DNA of 64,000 nucleotides from Eledone cirrhosa (lineage: Eukaryota): contig OZ024744.1 of assembly GCA_964016885.1 (NCBI GenBank), positions 129,208,001 through 129,272,000 of the forward strand. The letters run 5' to 3'. Of the stretch, positions 22,970 to 34,312 are shown piece after piece. The translations under genes were made by a program, and so were the position numbers. Each line of letters opens with the position of its first letter. Positions within the stretch are counted from its first letter, which is position 1. The notes under the pieces are model-generated. The model saw only the letters and a list, made by a program, of their open reading frames with translations, was not told the origin of the DNA and did not search any database.

Positions 22970-25900
22970 AGTTAAGTTGGGGTTAAGTTAAGTTGGGGTT
23001 AAGTTAAGTTGGGGTTCAATTAAGTTGCGGTTAATTTAAGTTGGGTTAATTTAAGTTAATTTAAGTTAGGCTTAACTTAAGTTGGGGTTAAGTTAAGTTG
23101 GGGGTGAGTTAAGTTGGGGGTAAGTTAAGTTGGGGTTAAGTTAAGTTGGGGTTAAGTTAGGTTGGTGTTAAGTTAAGTTGGCAGTAAGTTAAGTTGGGGG
23201 TAAGTTAAGTTGGTGTTAAGTTATGTTGGGGTTAAGTTAAGTTGGGGTTAAGTTAAGTTGGGTTTAAGTTAAGTTGGGGCTAAGTTAAGTTAGGGCTAAG
23301 TTAAGTTGGGGTTAAGTAAAGTTAGGGCTAAGTTAATTTGGGGTTAAGTTAAATTGGGGTTAATTTAAGTTGGGGTTACATTAAGTTGAGGTTAAGTTAA
23401 GTTGGGGTTAAGTTAAGTTGGGTTTAAGTTAAGTTGGGGCTAAGTTAAGTTAGGGCTAAGTTAAGTTGGGGCTGAGTTAAGTTGGGGTTAAGTTAAGTTG
23501 GGGTTGAGTTAAGTTGGGGTTAAGTTAAGTTGGGGTTAAGTTAAGTTGGGGTTAAGTTAAGTTGGGGCTGAGTTAAGTTGGGGTTACGTTAAGTTGGGGT
23601 TAAGGTAAGTTGGGGTTAAGTTAAGTTCGGGTTAAGTTAAGTTGGTGTTAAGTTAAGTTGGGGCTGAGTTAAGTTGGGGCTAATTTAAGTTGGGTCTAAG
23701 TTAAGTTGGGGTTAAGTTAAGTTGGGGTTAAGTTAAGTTGGTGTTAAATTAAGTTGGGGTTAAGTTAAGTTGGTGTTAAGTTAAGTTGGGGTTAAGTTAA
23801 GTTGGGGTTACTTAAGTTGGGGTTAAGTTAAGTTGGGGTTAAGTAAAGTTGGGGTTCAGTTAAGTTGCGGTTAAGTTAAGTTGGGGTTAAGTTAAGTTAG
23901 GCTTAACTTAAGTTGGGGTTAAGTTAAGTTGGGGGTGAGTTAAGTTGGGGGTAAGTTAAGTTGGGGTTAAGTTAAGTTGGGGTTAAGTTGGGGTTAAGTT
24001 AATTTAGGGTTAAGTTAATTTAGGGTTAAGTTAAGTTGGGGTTAAGTTAAGTTGGGGTTAATTTAAATTGGGGTTAATTTAACTTTGTGGTTAAGTTAAG
24101 TTGGGGTTAATTTAAGTTGGGGTTAAGTTAAGTTGGGGTTAATTTAATTTGTGGTTAAGTTAAGTTGGGGTTAAGTTAAGTTGGGGTTAAGTTAAGCTGG
24201 GGTTAAGTTAAGTTGGGGTTAAAATAAGTTGGGGTTAAGTTAAGTTGGGGTTGAGTTAAGTTGGGGTTGAGTTAATTCGGGGTTAAGTTAAGTTGGGGTT
24301 AACTTAAGTTGGGTTTAATTTAAGTTGGGGTTAAGTTAAGTTGGGGTTATAATTAAGTTGGGGTTAAGTTAAGTTGGGGGTAAGATAAGTTGGGGTTAGT
24401 TAAGTTGCGGTTAAGTTAAGTTGGGGTTAAGTTAAGTTGGGGTTAAGTTAAGTTGGGGTTAATTTAAGTTGGGGTTAATTTAAGTTGGGGTAAAGTTAAG
24501 TTGGGGGTAAGTTAAGTTGGGGTTAAGTTAAGTTGGGGTTAAGTTGGGGTTAAGTTAAGTTAGGGTTAACTTAAGTTGGGGTTGTGTTAAGTGGTGGTTA
24601 TGTTAAGTGGTGTTTATGTTAAGTTGGGGTTAAGTTAAGTTGGGGTTAAGTTAAATTGGGGTTAAGTTAAGTTACGGTTAAGTTAAGTTGGGGTTAAGTT
24701 AAGTTGGGGTTAAGTTAATTAGGGTTAAGTTAAGTTGGGGTTAAGTTAAGTTGGGGTTAAGTTAAGTTGGGGTTAAGTTAATTTGTGGTTAAGTTAAGCT
24801 GGGGTTAAGTTAAGTTGGGGTTAAGTTAAGTTGGGGATAAGTTAAGTTGAGGATAAGTTAAGTTGGGGTTAATTAAGTTGGCTTTAAGTTAAGTTGGGGT
24901 AAAGTTAAGTTGGGGTTAAGTTAAGTTGGGGTTAAGTTAAGTTGGTTAGTTAAGTTGAGTTTAAGTTAAGTTGGGGTTAATTTAAGTTGGGGTTAAGTTA
25001 AGTTGGGGTTAAGTTAAGTTGGGGTTAAGTTAAGTTGGGGTTCAGTTAAGTTGGGGTTAAGTTAAGTTGGGGTTAAGTTGGGGTAAAATTAAGTTGGGGT
25101 TAAGTTAAGTTGCGGTTAAGTTAAGTTGAGGTTAAGTTAAGTTGGGGTTAAGTTAAGTTGGGGTTAAGTTAAGTTGGGGCTAAGTTAAGTTGGAGCTAAG
25201 TTAAGTTGGGGCTAAGTTAAGTTGGGGTTAAGTTAAGTTGGGGTTAAGTTAAGGTGGGGTTAAGTTAAGTTGGGGTCAACTTAAGTTGGGGTTAATTTAA
25301 GTTGGGGTTAACTTAAGTTGGGGTTAAGTTAAGTTGGGGTTAAGTTAAGTTGGGGTTAAGTTAAGTTGGGGTTACGTTAAGTTGGGGGTAAGTTAAGTTG
25401 GTGGTAAGTTAAGTTGGGGGTAAGTTAAGATGGGGTTAAGTTAAGTTGGGGTTAATTTAATTTGGGGTTAATTTAAGTTAGGGTTAAGTTAAGTTGGGGT
25501 TGAGTTAAGTTGGGGTTAAGTTAAGTTGGGGTTATGTTAAGTTGGGGTTAAGTTAAGTTGGGGTTAAGTTAAGTTGGGGTTCAATTAAGTTGCGGTTAAT
25601 TTAAGTTGGGGTTAAGTTAAGTTGGGGTTAAGTTAAGTTGGGGTTAAGTTAAGTTGGGGTTAAATTAAGTTGGGGTTAAATTAAGTTGGGGTTAAGTTAA
25701 GTTGGGGTTATGGTAAGTTGGTGTTAAGTTAAGTTGGGGTTAAGTTAAGTTGGGGTTAAGTTAAGTTGGGGTTAAATTAAGTTGGGGTTAAATTAAGTTG
25801 GGGTTAAGTTAAGTTGGGGTTATGGTAAGTTGGTGTTAAGTTAAGTTGGGGTTAAGTTAAGTTGGGTTTAAGTTAGGGTCGAGTTAAGTTGGGGTTAAGT

Positions 25901-28900
25901 TAAGTGTGGGTTATATTAAGTTGGGGTCAAGTTAAGTTGGGGTTAAGTTAAGTTGGGGTTCATTTAAGTTGCGGTTAAGTTAAGTTGGTGTTAAGTTAAG
26001 TTGGGGTTAAGTTAAGTTGGGGTTAAGTTAAGTTGGGGTTAAGTTAAGTTGGGGTTCAATTAAGTTGCGGTTAATTTAAGTTGGGTTAATTTAAGTTAAT
26101 TTAAGTTAGGCTTAACTTAAGTTGGGGTTAAGTTAAGTTGGGGGTGAGTTAAGTTGGGGGTAAGTTAAGTTGGGGTTAAGTTAAGTTGGGGTTAAGTTAG
26201 GTTGGTGTTAAGTTAAGTTGGCGGTAAGTTAAGTTGGGGGTAAGTTAAGTTGGTGTTAAGTTATGTTGGGGTTAAGTTAAGTTGGGGTTAAGTTAAGTTG
26301 GGTTTAAGTTAAGTTGGGGCTAAGTTAAGTTAGGGCTAAGTTAAGTTGGGGTTAAGTAAAGTTAGGGCTAAGTTAAGTTGGGGTTAAGTTAAATTGGGGT
26401 TAATTTAAGTTGGGGTTACATTAAGTCGAGGTTAAGTTAAGTTGGGGTTAAGTTAAGTTGCGTTTAAGTTAAGTTGGGGCTAAGTTAAGTTAGGGCTAAG
26501 TTAAGTTGGGGCTGAGTTTAGTTGGGGTTAAGTTAAGTTGGGGTTGAGTTAAGTTGGGGTTAAGTTAAGTTGGGGTTAAGTTAAGTTGGGGTTAAGTTAA
26601 GTTGGGGCTGAGTTAAGTTGGGGTTACGTTAAGTTGGGGTTAAGGTAAGTTGGGGTTAAGTTAAGTTCGGGTTAAGTTAAGTTGGTGTTAAGTTAAGTTG
26701 GGGCTGAGTTAAGTTGGGGTTAATTTAAGTTGGGTCTAAGTTAAGTTGGGGTTAAGTTAAGTTGGGGTTAAGTTAAGTTGGTGTTAAATTAAGTTGGGGT
26801 TAAGTTAAGTTGGGGTTAAGTTAATTGGGGTTAAATTAAGTTAGGGTTGAGTTAAGTTGGGGTTAAGTTAAGTTGGGGTTATATTAAGTTGGGGTTAAGT
26901 TAAGTTGGGGTTAAGTAAAGTTGGGGTTCAGTTAAGTTGCGGTTAAGTTAAGTTGGGGTTAAGTTAAGTTAGGCTTAACTTAAGTTGGGGTTAAGTTAAG
27001 TTGGGGGTGAGTTAAGTTGGGGGTAAGTTAAGTTGGGGTTAAGTTAAGTTGGGGTTAAGTTGGGGTTAAGTTAATTTAGGGTTAAGTTAAGTTGGGGTTG
27101 AGTTAAGTTGGGGTTAAGTTAAGTGGTGGTTATGTTAAGTTGGGGTTAAGTTAAGTTGGGGTTAATTTAAATTGGGGTTAATTTAACTTTGTGGTTAAGT
27201 TAAGTTGGGGTTAATTTAAGTTGGGGTTAAGTTAAGTTGGGGTTAAAATAAGTTGGGGTTAAGTTAAGTTGGGGTTGAGTTAAGTTGGGGTTGAGTTAAT
27301 TCGGGGTTAAGTTAAGTTGGGGTTAACTTAAGTTGGGTTTAATTTAAGTTGGGGTTAAGTTAAGTTGGGGTTATAATTAAGTTGGGGTTAAGTTAAGTTG
27401 GGGGTAAGATAAGTTGGGGTTAGTTAAGTTGCGGTTAAGTTAAGTTGGGGTTAAGTTAAGTTGGGGTTAAGTTAAGTTGGGGTTAAGTTAAGTTGGGGTT
27501 AATTTAAGTTGGGGTTAATTTAAGTTGGGGTAAAGTTAAGTTGGGGTTAAGTTAAGTTGGGGTTAAGTTGGGGTTAAGTTAAGTTAGGGTTAACTTAAGT
27601 TGGGGTTGTGTTAAGTGGTGGTTATGTTAAGTGGTGTTTATGTTAAGTTGGGGTTAAGTTAAGTTGGGGTTAAGTTAAATTGGGGTTAAGTTAAGTTACG
27701 GTTAAGTTAAGTTGGGGTTAAGTTAAGTTGGGGTTAAGTTAATTAGGGTTAAGTTAAGTTGGGGTTAAGTTAAGTTGGGGTTAAGTTAAGTTGGGGTTAA
27801 GTTAATTTGTGGTTAAGTTAAGTTGGGGTTAAGTTAAGTTGGGGTTAAGTTAAGTTGGGGATAAGTTAAGTTGAGGATAAGTTAAGTTGGGGTTAATTAA
27901 GTTGGCTTTAAGTTAAGTTGGGGTTAAGTTAAGTTGGGGTTAAGGTAAGTTGGGGTTAAGTTAAGTTGGTTAGTTAAGTTGAGTTTAAGTTAAGTTGGGG
28001 TTAATTTAAGTTGGGGTTAAGTTAAGTTGGGGTTAAGTTAAGTTGGGGTTAAGTTAAGTTGGGGTTCAGTTAAGTTGGGGTTAAGTTAAGTTGGGGTTAA
28101 GTTGGGGTAAAATTAAGTTGGGGTTAAGTTAAGTTGCGGTTAAGTTAAGTTGAGGTTAAGTTAAGTTGGGGTTAAGTTAAGTTGGGGTTAAGTTAAGTTG
28201 GGGCTAAGTTAAGTTGGAGCTAAGTTAAGTTGGGGCTAAGTTAAGTTGGGGTTAAGTTAAGTTGGGGTTAAGTTAAGGTGGGGTTAAGTTAAGTTGGGGT
28301 CAACTTATGTTGGGGTTAATTTAAGTTGGGGTTAACTTAAGTTGGGGTTAAGTTAAGTTGGGGTTAAGTTAAGTTAGGGTTAAGTTAAGTTGGGGTTACG
28401 TTAAGTTGGGGGTAAGTTAAGTTGGTGGTAAGTTAAGTTGGGGGTAAGTTAAGATGGGGTTAAGTTAAGTTGGGGTTAATTTAATTTGGGGTTAAGTTAA
28501 GTTAGGGTTAAGTTAAGTTGGGGTTGAGTTAAGTTGGGGTTAAGTTAAGTTGGGGTTATGTTAAGTTGGGGTTAAGTTAAGTTGGGGTTAAGTTAAGTTG
28601 GGGTTCAATTAAGTTGCGGTTAATTTAAGTTGGGGTTAAGTTAAGTTGGGGTTAAGTTAAGTTGGGGTTAAGTTAAGTTGGGGTTAAATTAAGTTGGGGT
28701 TAAATTAAGTTGGGGTTAAGTTAAGTTGGGGTTAAGTTAAGTTGGGGTTAAGTTAGGTTGGTGTTAATTTAAGTTGGGGGTAAGTTAAGTTGGGGGTAAG
28801 TTAAGTTGGTGTTAAGTTAAGTTGGGGTTAAGTTAAGTTGGGGTTAAGTTAAGTTGGGGTTAAGTTAGGGTCGAGTTAAGTTGGGGTTAAGTTAAGTGGG

Positions 28901-29000
28901 GGTTATATTAAGTTGGGGTCAAGTTAAGTTGGGGTTAAGTTAAGTTGGGGTTCATTTAAGTTGCGGTTAAGTTAAGTTGGTGTTAAGTTAAGTTGGGGTT
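22970..29000 (+). repeat. About 3.0-kb tandem HOR duplication (about 22970-25990 and about 25990-29000)
   Basis: Paired landmarks and offsets: ggggttcaat...ttaatttaagttaatttaagttaggc 23011/26051 (3040), gttataat 24346/27370 (3024), agttagggtcgag 25871/28863 (2992). The tggtgTttatg allele was seen only in these two copies. Confidence 0.8.
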
Positions 29001-31914
29001 AAGTTAAGTTGGGGTTAAATTAAGTTGGGGTTAAGTTAAGTTGGGGTTAAATTAAGTTGGGGTTAAGTTAAGTTGGGGTTAAGTTAAGTTGGGGTTAAGT
29101 TAAGTTGCGGTTAAGTTAAGTTGGGGTTAAGTTAAGTTGGGGTTAAATTAAGTTGGGGTTAAGTTAAGTTGGGGTTAAGTTAAGTTGGGATAAAGTTAAG
29201 TTGGTGTTAAGTTAAGTTGAGGTTAAGTTTACTTGGGGTTAAGTTAAGTTGCGGTTAAGTTAAGTTGGGGTTGAGTTAAGTTGGTGTTGAGTTAAGTTGG
29301 GGTTAAGTTAAATCGAGGTTAAGTTAAGTTGGGCTTAAGTTAAGTTGGGGTTAATTTAAGTTGGGGTTAAGTTAAGTTGGGTTTAAGTTAAGTTGGGGTT
29401 AAGTTAAGTTGGGGTTAAGTTAAGTTGGGGTTAATTTAAGTTGGGGTTAAGCTAAGTTGGGGTTAAGTTAAATCGAGGTTAAGTTAAGTTGGGCTTAAGT
29501 TAAGTTGGGGTTAATTTAAGTTGGGGTTAAGTTAAGTTGGGTTTAAGTTAAGTTGGGGTTAATTTAAGTTGGGGTTAAGTTAAGTTGGGATTAATTTAAG
29601 TTGGGGTTAAGTTAAGTTGGGGTTAAGTTAAGTTGGGGTTAAATTAAGTTGGGGTTAAGTTAAGTTGGGGTTAAGTTAAGTTGGGCGTTAAGTTAATTTG
29701 GGGTTAAGTTAAGTTAGGGTTAAGTTAAGTTGGGGTTAAGTTAATTTGGGGTTAAGTTAAGTTGGGGTTAAGTTAAGTTGGGGTTAAGTTAAGTTAGGCT
29801 TAACTTAAGTTGGGGTTAAGTTAAGTTGGGGGTGAGTTAAGTTGGGGGTAAGTTAAGTTGGGGTTAAGTTAAGTTGGGGTTAAGTTGGGGTTAAGTTAGG
29901 GTTAATTTAATTTGGGGTTGAGTTAAGTTGGGGTTAAGTTAAGTGGTGGTTATGTTAAGTTGGGGTTAAGTTAAGTTGGGGTTAATTTAAATTGGGGTTA
30001 ATTTAACTTTGTTGTTAAGTTGGGGGTAATTTAAGTTGGGGTTAAGTTAAGTTGGGGTTGAGTTAAGTTGGGGTTGAGTGAAGTTGGGGTTAAGTTAAGT
30101 TGGGGTTAAATTAAGTTGGGTTTAAGTTAAGTTGGGGTTAATTTAAGTTGGGGTTAAGTCAAGTCGGGGTTAAGTTAAGTCGGGGTTAAGTTACGTTGGG
30201 GTTAAGTTAAGTTGGGGTTAAGTTAAGTTGGGGTTGAGTTAAGTTGGGGTTAAGTTAAGTTGGGGTTAAAATAAGTTGGGGTTACGTTAAGTTGGGGTTG
30301 AGTTAAGTTGGGGTTGAGTTAATTTGGGGTTAAGTTACGTTGGGGTTAACTTAAGTTGGGTTGAATTTAAGTTGGGGTTAAGTTAAGTTGGGGTTAAATT
30401 AAGTTGGGGTTAAGTTAAGTTGGGGGTAAGATAAGTTGGGGTTAGTTAAGTTGGGGTTAAGTTAAGTTGGGGTTAAGTTAAGTTGGGGTTAAGTTAAGTT
30501 GGGGTTAAGTTAAGATGGGGTTAAGTTAAGTTGGGGTTAATTTAAGTTGGGGTTAATTTAAGTTGGGGTTAAGTTAAGTTGGGGTTAAGTTAAGTTGGGG
30601 TAAAGTTAAGTTGGGGGTAAGTTAAGTTGGGGTTAAGTTAAGTTGGGGTTAAGTTGGGGTTAAGTTAAGTTAGGGTTAACTTAAGTTGGGGTTGTGTTAA
30701 GTGGTGGTTATGTTAAGTGGTGGTTATGTTAAGTTGGGGTTAAGTTAAATTGGGGTTAAGTTAGGTTGCGGTTAAGTTAAGTTGGGGTTAAGTTAAGTTG
30801 GGGTTAAGTTAATTAGGGTTAAGTTAAGTTGGGGTTAATTTAAGTTGGGGTTAAGTTAATTTGTTGTTAAGTTAAGTTGGGGTTAAGTTAAGTTGGGGTT
30901 AAGTTAAGTTGGGGATAAGTTAAGTTGGGGATAAGTTAAGTTGGGGTTAATTAAGTTGGGTTTAAGTTAAGTTGGGGTTAAGTTAAGTTGGGGTTAAGTT
31001 AAGTTGGGGTTAAGTTAAGTTGGTTAGTTAAGTTGAGTTTAAGTTAAGTTGGGGTTAATTTAAGTTGGGGTTAAGTTAAGTTGGGGTTAATTTAAGTTGG
31101 GGTTAAGTTAAGTTGGGGTTAAGTTAAGTTGGGGTTCAGTTAAGTTGGGGTTAAGTTAAGTTGGGGTTAAGTTGGGGTAAAATTAAGTTGGGGTTAAGTT
31201 AAGTTGGGGTTAAGTTAAGTTGGGGCTAAGTTAAGTTGGGGCTAAGTTAAGTTGGGGCTAAGTTAAGTTGGGTTTGAGTTAAGTTGGGGTTAATTAAGTT
31301 GGGGTTAAGTTGGGGTTAAGTTAAGTTAGGGTTAACTTAAGTTGGGGTTGTGTTAAGTGGTGGTTATGTTAAGTGGTGGTTATGTTAAGTTGGGGTTAAG
31401 TTAAATTGGGGTTAAGTTAGGTTGCGGTTAAGTTAAGTTGGGGTTAAGTTAAGTTGGGGTTAAGTTAAGTTGGGGCTAAGTTAAGTTGGGGCTAAGTTAA
31501 GTTGGGGCTAAGTTAAGTTGGGGTTAAGTTAACTTTGGGTTAAGTTAAGTTGGGTTTGAGTTAAGTTGGGGTTAATTAAGTTGGGGTTAAGTTAAGTTGG
31601 GGTTAAGTTAAGTTGGGGTTAAGTTAAGTTGGGGTTAAGTTAAGTTGCGGTTAAGTTAAGTTGATGTTAAGTTAAGTTGGGGTTAAGTTAAGTTGGGGTT
31701 AAGTTAAGTTGGGGCTAAGTTAAGTTGGAGCTAAGTTAAGTTGGGGCTAAGTTAAGTTGGGGTTAAGTTAAGTTGGGGTTAAGTTAAGGTGGGGTTAAGT
31801 TAAGTTGGGGTCAACTTAAGTTGGGGTTAAGTTAAGTTGGGGTTAACTTAAGTTGGGGTTAAGTTAAGTTGGGGTTAAGTTAAGTTGGGGTTAAGTTAAG
31901 TTGGGGTTAAGTTA

Positions 31915-34312
31915 AGTTGGGGGTCAGTTAAGTTGGTGGTAAGTTAAGTTGGGGGTAAGTTAAGATGGGGTAAAGTTAAGTTGGGGTTAATTTAATTTGG
32001 GGTTAAGTTAAGTTAGGGTTAAGTTAAGTTGGGGTTGAGTTAAGTTGGGGTTAAGTTAAGTTGGGGTTATGTTAAGTGGGGGTTAAGTTAAGTTGGGGTT
32101 AAGTTAAGTTGGGGTTCAATTAAGTTGCGGATAATTTAAGTTGGGGTTAAGTTAAGTTGGGGTTAAGTTAAGTTGGGGTTAAGTTAAGTTGGGGTTAAAT
32201 TAAGTTGGGGTTAAATTAAGTTGGGGTTAAGTTAAGTTGGGGTTATGTTAAGTTGGTGTTAAGTTAAGTTGGGGTTAAGTTAAGTTGGGGTTAAGTTAGG
32301 TTGGTGTTAATTTAAGTTGGGGGTAAGTTAAGTTGGGGGCAAGTTAAGTTGGTGTTAAGTTAAGTTGGGGTTAAGTTAAGTTGGGGTTAAGTTAAGTTGG
32401 GTTTAAGTTAAGTTGGGGCTAAGTTAAGTTAGGGCTAAGTTAAGTTGGGGTTAAGTAAAGTTAGGGCTAAGTTAAGTTGGGGTTAAGTTAAGTTGGGGTT
32501 AATTTAAGTTGGGGTTACATTAAGTTGAGGTCAAGTTAAGTTGTGGTTAAGTTAAGTTACGGTTAATTTAAGTTAGCGTTATGTTAAGTTGGGGTTAAGT
32601 TAAGTTGGGGTTAAGTTAGGTTGGTGTTAAGTTAAGTTGGGGTTAAGTTAATTTGTGGTTAAGTTAAGTTGGGGTTAAGTTAAGTTGGGGTTAAGTTCAG
32701 TCGGGGTTAAGTTAAGTCGGGGTTAAGTTAAGTTGTGGTTAAGTTAAGTTGGGGTTAAGTTAAGTTGGGGTTAAAATAAGTTGGGGTTAAGTTAAGTTGG
32801 GGTTGAGTTAAGTTGGGGTTGAGTTAATTTGGGGTTAAGTTAAGTTGGGGTTAACTTAAGTTGGGTTTAATTTAAGTTGGGGTTAATTTAAGTTGGGGTT
32901 AAATTAAGTTGGGGTTAAGTTAAGTTGGGGGTAAGATAAGTTGGGGTTAGTTAAGTTGCAGTTAAGTTAAGTTGGGGTAAAGTTAAGTTGGGGTTAAGTT
33001 AAGTTGGGGTTAAGTTAAGTTGGGGTTAAGTTAAGTTGGGGTTAATTTAAGTTGGGGTTAAGTTAAATTGGGGTTAATTTAAGTTGGGGTTAATTTAAGT
33101 TGGGGTTAAGTTAAGTTGGGGGTCAGTTAAGTTGGTGGTAAGTTAAGTTGGGGGTAAGTTAAGATGGGGTAAAGTTAAGTTGGGGTTAATTTAATTTAGG
33201 GTTAAGTTAAGTTAGGGTTAAGTTAAGTTGGGGTTGAGTTAAGTTGGGGTTAAGTTAAGTTGGGGTTATGTTAAGTGGGGGTTAAGTTAAGCTGGGGTTA
33301 AGTTAAGTTGGGGTTCAATTAAGTTGCGGATAATTTAAGTTGGGGTTAAGTTAAGTTGGGGTTAAGTTAAGTTGGGGTTAAGTTAAGTTGGGGTTAAATT
33401 AAGTTGGGGTTAAATTAAGTTGGGGTTAAGTTAAGTTGGGGTTATGTTAAGTTGGTGTTAAGTTAAGTTGGGGTTAAGTTAAGTTGGGGTTAAGTTAGGT
33501 TGGTGTTAATTTAAGTTGGGGGTAAGTTAAGTTGGGGGCAAGTTAAGTTGGTGTTAAGTTAAGTTGGGGTTAAGTTAAGTTGGGGTTAAGTTAAGTTGGG
33601 TTTAAGTTAAGTTGGGGCTAAGTTAAGTTAGGGCTAAGTTAAGTTGGGGTTAAGTAAAGTTAGGGCTAAGTTAAGTTGGGGTTAAGTTAAGTTGGGGTTA
33701 ATTTAAGTTGGGGTTACATTAAGTTGAGGTTAAGTTAAGTTGTGGTTAAGTTAAGTTACGGTTAATTTAAGTTAGCGTTATGTTAAGTTGGGGTTAGGTT
33801 AAGTTGGGGTTAAGTTAGGTTGGTGTTAAGTTAAGTTGGGGTTAAGTTAATTTGTGGTTAAGTTAAGTTGGGGTTAAGTTAAGTTGGGGTTAAGTTCAGT
33901 CGGGGTTAAGTTAAGTCGGGGTTAAGTTAAGTTGTGGTTAAGTTAAGTTGGGGTTAAGTTAAGTTGGGGTTAAAATAAGTTGGGGTTAAGTTAAGTTGGG
34001 GTTGAGTTAAGTTGGGGTTGAGTTAATTTGGGGTTAAGTTAAGTTGGGGTTAACTTAAGTTGGGTTTAATTTAAGTTGGGGTTAATTTAAGTTGGGGTTA
34101 AATTAAGTTGGGGTTAAGTTAAGTTGGGGGTAAGATAAGTTGGGGTTAGTTAAGTTGCAGTTAAGTTAAGTTGGGGTAAAGTTAAGTTGGGGTTAAGTTA
34201 AGTTGGGGTTAAGTTAAGTTGGGGTTAAGTTAAGTTGGGGTTAATTTAAGTTGGGGTTAAGTTAAATTGGGGTTAATTTAAGTTGGGGTTAATTTAAGTT
34301 GGGGTTAAGTTA
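31915..34312 (+). repeat. 1199-bp tandem duplication (about 75 monomers)
   Basis: Four landmark pairs all give offset 1199: gggtcag 31921/33120, the gggggC C at 32340/33539, agttagcg 32571/33770, and the ttgcA A at 32960/34159. Confidence 0.9.
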
